Shown here: one piece after another, positions 34,549-44,749 of the stretch
How positions within the stretch are numbered: the stretch's first letter is position 1
How the letters are laid out: the number at the start of each line of letters is the position of its first letter
Source of the DNA: Cyanidioschyzon merolae
Taxonomy: Eukaryota
DNA length: 64,000 bases
Assembly (NCBI GenBank): GCA_000091205.1
Contig: AP006489.2
Strand: one strand, 5' to 3'
Notes under the pieces: model-generated
The model's database searches: none
Seen by the model: the letters and a program-made list of their open reading frames with translations, nothing else
What the model was told of the DNA's origin: nothing
Position numbers and translations under genes: made by a program

Positions 34549-35907
34549 TACGCAACTTGACCTGCGGAATCTGAGGCATGACGCTGCGTTCGGTGTATCC
34601 ACCTGTTTGATGTGTCGACCGGTCTCCACGTTGCACAACGACGTTTCGTCGTCAGGAAGCGTTGCATGAACAAAGGCTTCTGCGCAGTCGCACTGGCACA
34701 TGCCATGGCGGTACGCTGCGGTAACTGGGCGACATGCGTCGCCTGGAAGCTATGATACGAGCGGTCCTTTCAAGATGGCGGCTGCATCCGCTGGCGGTTT
34801 CTTCCAAGGAGCACTCTTGCACCCGCATGGATTGGAAGCGGTGACGAAGCGAACTCATTTGCCGGTCCTCAGCGCCTCGATCGATTCCGGTTCATAGCTA
34901 TTGACTGCGCATGAGCGCTCTCGCCGTGACGCACTGCACTAAACGTTTCGGTTTCATGGCAGTGACCGCAACCGCTGCGTCTCCACTGACCGAGACGCAC
35001 GTTGCCATGACTCCGACATAGAGCTGCGTTTGTACAGAGCAACGTCATTGCCGAGGGAACGATATACTCTTCGCGGATAGCAATGTGTTTCTGGGACACA
35101 GGGTGGTACGCTTTTGCGCTTGAGCAGACGCATGCAGCGATGGCGGCACTCGGTAGTGTGTTTCATCGCTTGTCCAAATCGTACGAGATGAGCGTACCTC
35201 GATGCGCGTGTACCGCAAAATGTTTTCTCGTGGATACGTCCGCCACTGGATGGTGATCCTACCAAACGATTCACTCAGCGGTGGGTGCGGGGGTTCCGCT
35301 CCGAGTACAACGTCCTGTATCCATGCTGTTCTTTTGAGAAGCGGTATGCGTTCGCCAAACATGCTTCCAAGACGAAGTCCTTGAATATATTCGAGGTATT
35401 TACGAGCCCTCATTGAACGCAGATGCGCTCAAGATCTAATGGACCGCAAAGCATCCCAAACAGCGTGGTTGCATCGTGGTGCTAGGATTTAGAGCTGCCG
35501 AGGCCCGCCGGCGGCGACCTGCCCGAGCATCGCAGACTCGACACTGTTCCGAATACTTTACTGGTCCACACGTTCACGGTTGCAAATCAGGTGCTACGGT
35601 TTGTTTCTGGCACGACGTATGTGCGTACCTTGCGTTCGTCACCTCGAATCGGATGCAGCACCGCGTATAGCACATCAGCGTGTCACCGGCATGCTCTGCA
35701 TACAACTGCACTGGGGCGAGTTCGCGCATAGCTTCAGATACGTGTCCTGTAAATGCCAAAGCAGCTCGTGAACGAAATGCGGTCCCGATAGCTGTCCATA
35801 TGGCTAGAACAGCTACTGCCGGACGTCCAATTTCAGCACCAACCGTTCCGGTATTCCAGTCGCGGATCTAAACCACCGTTGTACGTGACTGGCATGTTGC
35901 TCACCGA

Positions 35908-36744
35908 TCACGCTTTCCGTGCGGCCATCTCCTGCCGAAGGAGATCTCGCTCGCTTCGGCCGAGGTACTTGCAGTCCTCGTGCTGCACCAGATAGCGACC
36001 GGGTGTGTGACATTTGAAATTCTTCCCTTTGCAATTGTCGTACTCCTCGCCACCATTGTTCAAAACGAATTCGAGCTCTTTCGCCAATAGCCGGATAAAA
36101 TAGAGGTTCTGCTCCTCGGGATTCCGCAGCATGAGCTCGCCGGGTGCAGAAGTCCAATCCGCCTTGGCGTTTAACTGTTTCGCGTACATAATATAGACCT
36201 GCGACCAGTCAGCCGGTGCCCGGTACAAGATTTCGATGTATTGGTCAGTAGCTTTGGTCTGTTGTCGGCGAATTTCATCCATATCCACGTCACCGCGCCG
36301 CTGTAGACCACGAATACTCACAACATAGCGACCCGGCTCCGTAATGACGTAGTTCTGCCCACCGTTATTGTCCCAGTATCGTTTCCCGTCCGTTATCGCA
36401 AACTCTAACCGTTTGCAGCCGGAAACTCGGAAAACTCGAAACCCCTCTCGAATGTGACTCGCATCTTCAAACCGGTAAGTTCTGTTCGGCGTCCACTTGC
36501 CACCGTCTTTTGAAAAGATGATGTAGACGTTCTCCAGCGACGGCATGGAGTGGAATATTTCAATCCACGAGTTAGGGTCGTTCACAGGACCGTTCATATT
36601 CGGACTGCTCCCAGCAGTTTCAATATTTCGCTGAGACATTCCAGCTATCACACCTAACCTTCTAGTGTTTCTCACGAACTCTGCCCGTCGGCAGCTCGCA
36701 GTCGTCGAAAGCACCAGGAGCGGAACGCCGTCCAGCACACACAC
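35908..36744 (-). CDS. Tandem carbohydrate (starch/glycogen)-binding module protein (CBM20/21/25/53-like)
   Basis: Two repeats with the W-D-N-N-G-G-x-N-Y signature (RYWDNNGGQNYVITEPGRYVV; NNGGEEYDNCKGKNFKCHTPGRYLV), typical of starch-binding domains. N-terminal Ala-rich region, possible signal or transit peptide. Confidence 0.5.
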   Translation of the reverse strand: MCVLDGVPLLVLSTTASCRRAEFVRNTRRLGVIAGMSQRNIETAGSSPNMNGPVNDPNSWIEIFHSMPSLENVYIIFSKDGGKWTPNRTYRFEDASHIREGFRVFRVSGCKRLEFAITDGKRYWDNNGGQNYVITEPGRYVVSIRGLQRRGDVDMDEIRRQQTKATDQYIEILYRAPADWSQVYIMYAKQLNAKADWTSAPGELMLRNPEEQNLYFIRLLAKELEFVLNNGGEEYDNCKGKNFKCHTPGRYLVQHEDCKYLGRSERDLLRQEMAARKA

Positions 36745-37727
36745 TCGACTCCATACCAGCGCCGAAATCGCCGCCGCCGTCGTCGTTGCTGCAGCTGCCG
36801 CCTCCCATCGATTGATTTCTTTCTTTCATGGACAAAACTGGTACACTGGCCAGCGTTCTCTGATTGTACGCTTTGCTTTTTCATCGCACAGGGAAGCATC
36901 CGTCAAACCGCTTACGTCAGAGTTCCATGACCCATACTTCTTCTCGGATACACTGTTCATTTCATAGGTTCTATCGTGTGTCGAGAGCGTGCCCTGAGCG
37001 TCCGCGAGAGCGCCTATAGCGCCGATACGGATGCAGCAGGGGGCCCGAACGACTCTTCCATGTCACCGAGGGCGTCAGCTCGGGGTGTGTCTCAGTCGAC
37101 GCTTACATGAATCGCATGGCTCGTTACTGCATCGACAGCCGGTGTATGCCGGCATGCCGTCACTACACGACGCACTTGAGAAGCTCGCCATTCAGCACGG
37201 AACCTGGGTGGTGCGTGACCCTTTGGCAATCAATCAATCATCTGTCTGTGTATCTGTGTGTCTGTGTATCTGTTTGTCTGTGAGCGTACGTGCGTGTCGA
37301 ATCGGTCACCGCTTCGCAATGCCGGCTACCGCTCGACGCCGTCTTGTTCATTGCTGCGCCGATCGTTTAACATGCGTGCGCATCCAGTTGGACGAACTTT
37401 CCACCTTGAAGGTAGCCTGTGGGTTTTTTGGTCATCACCAAGCGTCGTGGGTCAAAAAGACGTCCGACAGGTACCAGGTTTGCGCTCTATGGGGGCGATC
37501 GCCCCGTGCAGCCCCGAATGAAAATCCAGCGCGATCGGCTCCTGGGCGCGGCGGCGCGGCGCGCAACGCTGCGCGATCGATCATTTTTGAATCCCGTGGC
37601 AGGTCCCGGAGTCCCGGATAGCGGTGTCTCCTCTACTGTTTGCTCAGCAGGGGCGTTCCTCGGGAACTCGCGTACAAACCAGTAGCGCTCGCTGAGCAGC
37701 AACTTTTGTGATTGTGCTGAATCACTA

Positions 37728-38567
37728 GTGGTTTGCTCCCTAACTCGCTATTGGCACCTGCTTTACAGCTTCGCGAAAGCTATGAACGCAGCGACACCAC
37801 GCGGTGGAGGCGTTCGTTTCGAGCCCTTCGTGGCGGCGTACAACAACTCGACCCCCGAGGCAGTCTTGGCGTTGGCGCCTACGCCAGTACGAGCACAGCT
37901 CCAGAATCGTTCCGAGACGCCCAGTGGTGCTCGACTTCGAAGCAGCAGTGGCGGAGCAGGTGCAGACTCCGTACCTGATGCGCTGTCGAACGCAGTGGAA
38001 ACCGTGGACCTGTTGCGTGACTTGGTGGCGGTTTTCCGCTCCGAGGAGGACGTTCAAATAATGGAGGCATTGGCCTCTCTCGAACAACAAATCGACGATA
38101 CGGTATTGGAGCGGCAACAACGAGCCAAGGAGTCGCTGGTACAGCTTGCGAGACAGGTTGACGCCGCCAGACAACGCGCGACGCCGCCTGAGCCTGAACA
38201 TCTGCATCAGCAGCGGGTCGAGGAACGCGAGCGGGTGAAACGCCTCATTATTGAGCGGATGCTAACTGCCGAAGAGCGCAGCAAAGCGCTGCAAGCGAAC
38301 TTGCGCGAGCTGGATGCGGAGTCCTCGGAGGTGCAGCAGGCGCTGGACCGGTATCGGCAGCGCATTCAAACTGATATTCCGAGCCTCAAACATGCACTGA
38401 GTTTATATGTCACGATAAGTCGTATCCGTTGGAACTACCGATGCGATCAGACGTACATTGAGGGATACGTGGCCCAGGAGCGTGAGAACGACGTGCGTCC
38501 ATTCCGATTCCAACACGGAGATGCGGTGGCCACTGCCGACCGTCTCTGGGCGCTTATCGAGCCGTGA
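37728..38567 (+). CDS. Coiled-coil protein, Spc25-like kinetochore (NDC80 complex) candidate
   Basis: Central coiled coil. C-terminal LKHALSLYVTISRIRWNYRCDQTYIEGYVAQERENDVRPFRFQH resembles the Spc25 RWD-like domain (LQLYKDSLGLEIRKI..LQFIFTNIDP..PFMFSL). Confidence 0.4.
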   Translation: MVCSLTRYWHLLYSFAKAMNAATPRGGGVRFEPFVAAYNNSTPEAVLALAPTPVRAQLQNRSETPSGARLRSSSGGAGADSVPDALSNAVETVDLLRDLVAVFRSEEDVQIMEALASLEQQIDDTVLERQQRAKESLVQLARQVDAARQRATPPEPEHLHQQRVEERERVKRLIIERMLTAEERSKALQANLRELDAESSEVQQALDRYRQRIQTDIPSLKHALSLYVTISRIRWNYRCDQTYIEGYVAQERENDVRPFRFQHGDAVATADRLWALIEP

Positions 38568-38999
38568 AGAGCGCTCGGTGAACTGCCAAGGCGCAGCAAC
38601 GAAAAGAGCGCACTTGTCTGGAAGCGCCTTTGAGCACTGCGCACATTTCGCCCGGCCTTGGGTGATCCTATTCACTTGTGTGTGTGTGTTTTCACTGTCT
38701 GTCTGCGGTATTGATTGATTCAAGTCGGCAGCTGCGCCCCATTCCTGCTTATGTACTGGATGCAGCAAGCACACATCTGAGCGAATCTTTTCGTCGTTCC
38801 CGAGGCTGTTTCCAGTGCTAACAGCCTCCAGGCAACCCCGATCCATACAAGGCTGCACAGATTCCGTTTTTCCGCCACGGTGCAGGATCCCAGGCATTCA
38901 CCACCGTGGTCGCCGCATACGCCCCTGGTACCGCTGTCTTCTGCGCCCTGTTCACCACTCGTCTCGTACGCGCGTGACCTGTATTCCCTGCTCAAACGC

Positions 39000-39680
39000 C
39001 TAGGCGCCGGGCTTGAATATATCGTCAAAATGCGCCGGGTCGATCATCGGCAGACGCACGGACACCGACATACCTACAACAGGCGTCCGGCGCGAGCGAT
39101 ATAGCTCTCGCAAAAAATACATTGCCGCCCCATCGTACGCGTTCAGAATATCCGCGATAGCCTGCAAATGCTGCACATACTGCTCCTGGGTCAAACGGAA
39201 CGAAGCCTGCAGCGTGTGCTCCCACATCACCTGCATGTACAAAGCATACTTGCCGATAACATTCCGTCGCACAGGCTGAATATCATACTCAAAACCATAA
39301 AGATCCCGCAAAAACTGCCGCAGCGAGGGTCCTGTTAACGGCAGGTACCGCTCACGCAGCAGCGCTTCGAGGTTCTGCTGCGACATGCCCCGCCGCAGCG
39401 TCCGCTCCGCGAACGGCGCCGGACGCACCGCTGAGCGGTCCCTCATATCCGGAAACGAGGCCGCAAAACGCGCTTCCAGCGCTGCAACTGCAGCTGCCAG
39501 CGGGTTCCCGCGCGGACGCCGAGCAGACCCGCGCCGTTTCTCGCCGCCCCCGGCGGACGCATGCCCGTCGCGCCTGCCGGGCTCGTCCGCGTCGTCCTTT
39601 GGTCTATCCGGAGTCGAGTCTGATGACGAAGAAGGAGGCGACCCCTGTGCCCGCAACGCAAGCACACCAAGCACAAACAT
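39000..39680 (-). CDS. Hypothetical protein (basic N-terminus, possible organellar targeting)
   Basis: 226-aa ORF with protein-like composition (…LRERYLPLTGPSLRQFLRDLYGFEYDIQPVRRNVIGKYALYMQVMWEHTLQ…). No family recognised. Confidence 0.3.
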   Translation of the reverse strand: MFVLGVLALRAQGSPPSSSSDSTPDRPKDDADEPGRRDGHASAGGGEKRRGSARRPRGNPLAAAVAALEARFAASFPDMRDRSAVRPAPFAERTLRRGMSQQNLEALLRERYLPLTGPSLRQFLRDLYGFEYDIQPVRRNVIGKYALYMQVMWEHTLQASFRLTQEQYVQHLQAIADILNAYDGAAMYFLRELYRSRRTPVVGMSVSVRLPMIDPAHFDDIFKPGA

Positions 39681-39716
39681 GGGGAATACGCAGCACCACA
39701 GAAAAACCGGACTGTG

Positions 39717-39717
39717 C

Positions 39718-39750
<33 letters not shown>
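39717..39750. repeat. (CAG)n microsatellite
   Basis: gcagcagcagcagcagcagcagcagcagca in the spacer between the hypothetical gene and the proteasome gene. Confidence 0.8.
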
Positions 39751-40240
39751 CCGAAAGCCAGCGTTACGAGACAACAAAGAAGCAGGCCTCAGACCTCTTT
39801 CTCGCGCTGCAGCAATCTGCACCTCGAATCGACGCCCTGCAGCTGCGATGGCGTCAGCGACGCACGCACCGCATGGCGCGGCTGCCGTTCACATGCGCCT
39901 GCACGCGCGCCGCCGTACGCATCGCTGCGTGGCGTCGATCACGCACAGGCTACCCGCCGGTGTGACGGTTTGCTTCACGCATGACAACGCTATATATATC
40001 AATTTAGGCGAACTTGGATTGATATCTGCGACGGTGGCTTTACGGCAAGCGACGTTCCAAGCGCCGATACCGCTGCCTCGAATGGATAACTGGCATGATG
40101 GCCCGCGATCGATCGATGGATCGATCAATTGGCTCCGCCGTCCATCGAAAGCGTTGGTCTCCGGCTGGGCAGCGCGTTACGCTCGCCCTGGAGTTTCAAC
40201 CGAAGATTGAGGGTTCGAGTCCCTTCCGTCGCGTTGACTT

Positions 40241-40879
40241 TTGCCACCCACGCTCATGAGCCAAGTCAACCCTTTACACTACAACGGAGGTGCCGTATTC
40301 GCAGCAACCGGTAACCAGTGTGTTGCCATCGCTGCGGATCGGAGGTTTGGACAAGCGCAGCTCACGCTGGCATGCGACGCAAACCGTCTGTTCCGCGTCC
40401 ACGATCGACTGGTGCTGGGACTCACTGGACTCGCGACCGATTGTCTAACACTAGCAGAACGCGTGCGGATGCGCACGAACCTATATCGTTTAGGAGAGAA
40501 ACGCGAACCGAAACCTGCAACCATTTCAGCGCTGGTTTCCGCGCTTCTCTATGAGCGCCGCTTTGCACCGTACTTTGTCGAGCCGGTGATCGTCGGTTTG
40601 TCGGGCGATAACAAGCCGTATTGCTGCTCCATGGACCTGTTGGGCACGCCCATGGAAACCGATGAGTTCGTAGCTGCTGGTACCTGTGCCGAGTCGCTTT
40701 ACGGGACGGGGGAAACCTTCTGGCGTCCGGGTCTGGATCCCGAGGACCTATTCGAAGTTACCGCCCAGTGTATGCTTGCCGCGCTCGACCGCGACTGTCT
40801 CAGCGGCTGGGGTGCGGTCGTGTACGTCTTGCACAGTGAAGGCGTCACCGTGCGCGAGCTTAAGGCACGCATGGACTAG
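40241..40879 (+). CDS. PSMB3: Proteasome subunit beta type-3 (Pup3/PSMB3)
   Basis: 212 aa, alignable end to end with PSMB3: YNGGAVFAATGNQCVAIAADRRFG, DRLVLGLTGLATD, LYERRFAPYFVEPVIVGL, CSMDLLGTPMETDEFVAAGTCAESLYG, VTVRELKARMD. Confidence 0.9.
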   Translation: MPPTLMSQVNPLHYNGGAVFAATGNQCVAIAADRRFGQAQLTLACDANRLFRVHDRLVLGLTGLATDCLTLAERVRMRTNLYRLGEKREPKPATISALVSALLYERRFAPYFVEPVIVGLSGDNKPYCCSMDLLGTPMETDEFVAAGTCAESLYGTGETFWRPGLDPEDLFEVTAQCMLAALDRDCLSGWGAVVYVLHSEGVTVRELKARMD

Positions 40880-43800
40880 GCAGAGGCGGTGGTGGTGGTG
40901 GTGGTCGCGGCTACGGCCTCGTCCATCGCCGCAGCTGCTGGACCCGCGTGCAACTCGGACTGTCCGGAAGACGATGATGATGACGTCGTCGTCGTCGTCG
41001 AAACGCGCGAGGCGCTGACGGTGCGCGTCACCGTCGACGAGCCTTGCACGAGCTTGGTTCGAAAGACGACGTTCGCGTGCTCGAAGAGCGCTGGTTTCAG
41101 GCTCACGATGATGAACTGGCTGTCGCGGAAGGATTGACGAATGACCTGGCCTACATTTTGCGTATGGCTGAGGTCGAGCGCCGCATCGATCTCATCGAGA
41201 ATGTACATAGGCGCGGGCTTGAACTTGAGCATAGCCAACACGAGACTGAGAGCAACGAGGGAACGCTGGCCACCGCTCAGCTCTGTGAGGGAATCCTTCC
41301 AGGTATTGCCCATCGCGACCTTGAGCACGAGGCCATCGAGCATCGACTGGCTTTCCGGTACGCGATCTAGACGAGCATCGGCTCCGGGGAGCAAGGTAGA
41401 GAAGATTGCACTGAGATCGCGGTTCACTCGTTGCCAGGTGGCCTCGAGCGCCAGACGTTTCTTCTCATCGAGGCTGCGAATAGCCGCGTAGATTTTTTGC
41501 TTATCATTCTCGATGATGCGTTTCTTATTCATGAGGTCCTGATATTCTTGCTCAGACTTTTCAAAGAGACTCAGTGCTCGCCGGTTGATCCGTTTCCCGA
41601 GACTCTGATTCTCTGCAGTCAACCGGGCGAGTTGTTGACGGGCCCGCCGGATCTCCTCCGCGTCCACCACGGACACGTCACCCGCAGTGCACGACAGGTT
41701 TGGATGCTCGGCCTCGAGCGCGACGGCCTGTTGACGAGCATTCGCGAGCGTCTCGTCGAGATCAGCTAGCTGCAGCCGGAGACGTTTGATTTCCAGCGAA
41801 AGCGCCTCGTCCTGACTAGCTAGCGCACTTAGGCGCTCTTGCCGCACTGCATGCTCTTGTGCTTGCGCCGAGAGCGCCTCTCGGCGTTGCCGGAGCGCCT
41901 CCTGCTGTGAATAATAAGCAGGCTCGAGCTCCTTTTCCAGACGATTGCTTTGCTCGGTGAGGTCACGTTCCAGTTGAGCAATGGTTTCGTTGCACTGTGC
42001 TAGACGCTTCTGCACATCGTCAAGTTCTTCTCTGGAGGATTCGAGCTGCTGGTGGAGGCGCGCAAGCTGGGCCTGTTCGTCTTGCCAGAGACGCTGCAGT
42101 TGCTCGGCAGATGCCTTGGCCTCGGCGAGGTCCTGGGCGCCGACATCGGCACCGGAATCGAGTTCAGCGAGTCGTCGCTCAGCTGCAACTCTTCGCGCTC
42201 CCTGTTCTCGAAGCTGTGCCTCTAAACTCGCAACTTCATTCTTGTACCGGATCAAGGGCTCCGCAAGCATGCGCTCCCTAATGGCCTCCACCGCTTGCTG
42301 CTTCATGGCGAGCTCCGTGCTCAGACGTGCATGCTGATCCGCTTTTTGCTCCAGGTTTTGAAGATCCTCCTCGGTCCTCGCCAGTGCACGCTCTCGTATC
42401 TGCAGCTCTGCACGCAAACGCTCAAGCTCTGCGAGCTGGATCAGAAGCGAAGCGACTGCGCTCTGGGAGCCTCCGGTCATGGTACCCTGGGGGTCCACGA
42501 GGTCGCCGTCTTTCGTCACCGTCCGACACCGAATCTGCTCCGAGAACGCCATCTGTTTGGCCTGATCCAGCCGGTCGCAAACTAGCGTTCGTCCGAATAC
42601 ATAGCGCATGGCAGGCTCGAGTGCTTCATCAAAACGGACAAGCGACAGGGCCAGGTTGCCTCCGGCCTGACGAGCGGCTGCAACGCGTTCTGGCTCCAGC
42701 ACCTTATCGTCGATCCGGTTCAAGGGAATCATGGTGACTCGACGAGTGAGCTGGCCGCGCTCAAGCAGAAGCTTGCCAGTCTGCTCGTTGTCCACAATGA
42801 CGTAGAACAGCTTGGAACCTGCAGTTATTTCAATGGCTACCGCATATTCTGGATGCACCAGTTGCACTAGTCGGGCAACGACGCCTTTGACGCGGCTGCT
42901 TTCGAAGGCCGGCTCCGGGTTCTGGTAGGTAAAGTCAATAGCAGCCAACCGAGCGGAGAGACGATCCAGCTGATCGCGAAGGCTATGCACGGCTTGCTCC
43001 TCGCTCTGACGGAGTTTGCGGAGTTTCTCTGCGCCATGCTGGTCGTAGTCCAGCTCATGCAGCTGGAGCTTAACGGAAGAAACCGCCTTTTCCGCTTTGG
43101 CGAGTTCGGACTCGAGCGCTCGCACAGCAGTGGCTCGCTTTGCATGTTTCTCGAGTTCGCTCTTCGCTCCCGCAAGAGCAATTTTCGTAGTTTCCTCTTC
43201 TGTACGAGCGAGCGCCAACTGTTGCCGCGTCGAAGTGATGAGTTCGGTACGCGAACGAAATGCGGAGGCTTCAGAGAGCGTTTGCCACTTGTCGTTGGCT
43301 GCGCGGGCCTCAAGGCGGCGCTTTTCAACTTGCGGCTCAAATGTTTCGATACGAGCGGTGAGTTGCTCAAGCGTCTTGGTGAGATGCTCCTGAGCCTCGA
43401 TCATCTCGGTTTGCTGCGCTTGTTCCCTAGTCAGTGACGCACGGAGGTGATCGCGACGAGCTCGCTCCTTCACCAGTTCCCGATCAAGAGCGGCGAGCTC
43501 CTTTTCTTGCTGCTGGAGCTGTCGGGCCTCTCGGTCGTGCTGACTACGTTTCGCTCCGTGGCTTTCCGCACGCAGCGCATTGATTGCCTCGTGGTTCTGC
43601 GCTTGTTCCGCTTCGTGCTTCTCAATCTGTGCGACCAGCTGGGCTCTGTCCTGCTCGAGTTGCTTGACATGCTCTCGCGCTTGAGCGTATGCTTGTAGGG
43701 CGACAATACGACGCAGACGCTCTATCTCTGCATTGTTCGCCGACCAGTGCAGAAAACGCTCTCGTTCATCCCGGAGCTTTACCAGAGACGGGGTTATCTC

Positions 43801-44403
43801 CTCAGCCAAAAGCGTATTAATTTCCTCGACCTTGCGCTGTTTTTTCTCGATAGTCCGAAGCGCAGCTGTCTTCTTGGCCTCGTACATACTGGTACCGGCA
43901 GCCTCTTCGAGCATACTCAACAGCTCGAGTGGCTTCATCTGAATGACTTTGGTGATGCGCCCCTGCATGATCAAAAAGTGCGGATTGTTCACATTCAATT
44001 GTACCGAGTGAAACAGGTTTTGAACCTTCGCAGGTTGCGCCACGTGCCCGTTGACGAGGTACTTGCTGCGTCCACCGAGCGCCACTTGACGGGTCACGGT
44101 TATCTCGGGAGAGTCCTCGTAGCCGACCGGGGACGACGACGCGTCGGTGTTGTCGAATACCAGCGTCACAGACGCACGCTGGACACCGGCCTGCCCGTTC
44201 TTATAGATAAGCTCGTGAAGCCCATTGACCCGCAGCGACTGCAGATGCGTCATGCCCAGCACGAAGCATATGGCGTCCAGTATGGCCGACTTGCCACTGC
44301 CGTTTGGTCCACTAATTGAGTTGAAGTGTGGATCTAATCCGGATAAAACCATCCTATGCGCATAGGATTTGAACCCATCCAAAATAATCTCTTTTAAATA
44401 CAT
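40876..44403 (-). CDS. SMC2: Structural maintenance of chromosomes protein 2 (condensin SMC2)
   Basis: 1175 aa. N-terminus MYLKEIILDGFKSYAHRMVLSGLDPHFNSISGPNGSGKSAILDAICFVLGMTHLQSLRV...LIYKNGQAGVQRASVTLVFDN is SMC2-type Walker A. Long coiled coils, hinge, C-terminal signature motif LSGGQRSLVALSLVLAMLKFKPAPMYILDEIDAALD. The stop overlaps the PSMB3 stop (shared CTAG). Confidence 0.85.
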   Translation of the reverse strand: MYLKEIILDGFKSYAHRMVLSGLDPHFNSISGPNGSGKSAILDAICFVLGMTHLQSLRVNGLHELIYKNGQAGVQRASVTLVFDNTDASSSPVGYEDSPEITVTRQVALGGRSKYLVNGHVAQPAKVQNLFHSVQLNVNNPHFLIMQGRITKVIQMKPLELLSMLEEAAGTSMYEAKKTAALRTIEKKQRKVEEINTLLAEEITPSLVKLRDERERFLHWSANNAEIERLRRIVALQAYAQAREHVKQLEQDRAQLVAQIEKHEAEQAQNHEAINALRAESHGAKRSQHDREARQLQQQEKELAALDRELVKERARRDHLRASLTREQAQQTEMIEAQEHLTKTLEQLTARIETFEPQVEKRRLEARAANDKWQTLSEASAFRSRTELITSTRQQLALARTEEETTKIALAGAKSELEKHAKRATAVRALESELAKAEKAVSSVKLQLHELDYDQHGAEKLRKLRQSEEQAVHSLRDQLDRLSARLAAIDFTYQNPEPAFESSRVKGVVARLVQLVHPEYAVAIEITAGSKLFYVIVDNEQTGKLLLERGQLTRRVTMIPLNRIDDKVLEPERVAAARQAGGNLALSLVRFDEALEPAMRYVFGRTLVCDRLDQAKQMAFSEQIRCRTVTKDGDLVDPQGTMTGGSQSAVASLLIQLAELERLRAELQIRERALARTEEDLQNLEQKADQHARLSTELAMKQQAVEAIRERMLAEPLIRYKNEVASLEAQLREQGARRVAAERRLAELDSGADVGAQDLAEAKASAEQLQRLWQDEQAQLARLHQQLESSREELDDVQKRLAQCNETIAQLERDLTEQSNRLEKELEPAYYSQQEALRQRREALSAQAQEHAVRQERLSALASQDEALSLEIKRLRLQLADLDETLANARQQAVALEAEHPNLSCTAGDVSVVDAEEIRRARQQLARLTAENQSLGKRINRRALSLFEKSEQEYQDLMNKKRIIENDKQKIYAAIRSLDEKKRLALEATWQRVNRDLSAIFSTLLPGADARLDRVPESQSMLDGLVLKVAMGNTWKDSLTELSGGQRSLVALSLVLAMLKFKPAPMYILDEIDAALDLSHTQNVGQVIRQSFRDSQFIIVSLKPALFEHANVVFRTKLVQGSSTVTRTVSASRVSTTTTTSSSSSSGQSELHAGPAAAAMDEAVAATTTTTTASA

Positions 44404-44624
44404 GGCTATAGCGGTTGTATGGCGTGACGGTCAAGCCGCACGCACGCGAACAGACAAGTACACGAACGTGCGTTACCGCAACGGTCACGAGGAATTTGAA
44501 ACTGGTACCTGACGCGCGCGGCGATCGCAGGCGCCGCGTCCCTTTGCCTGGTGTCCATTTTGATCAAGAAGGTAAGAAGGTTTGAATATGGACATCATGG
44601 ACTGTGCGCAGCACTCCAGCAGCC

Positions 44625-44670
44625 GTGTCGCTGCTGCTGTTGCTGCTGCTGCTGTTGGTGCTGCTGCTAT
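44625..44670. repeat. (GCT)n microsatellite
   Basis: gctgctgctgttgctgctgctgctgttggtgctgctgct, flanking the 3' end of A4. Confidence 0.8.
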
Positions 44671-44749
44671 AGACGTGCAGTTCGACACCTGGTACACCAA
44701 CTCAGAAGACTTCGAAACGGGTCATTCAACGTCGGTGCACTCATATACG

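Noticed and set aside
40150-40225. Possible tRNA (T-loop-like gagggttcgagtccc) upstream of the proteasome gene.
   Set aside because: I could not fold a complete cloverleaf. No acceptor stem complementary to ccgtcgcg, and no D-arm at the right spacing. It is most likely 5'UTR sequence.
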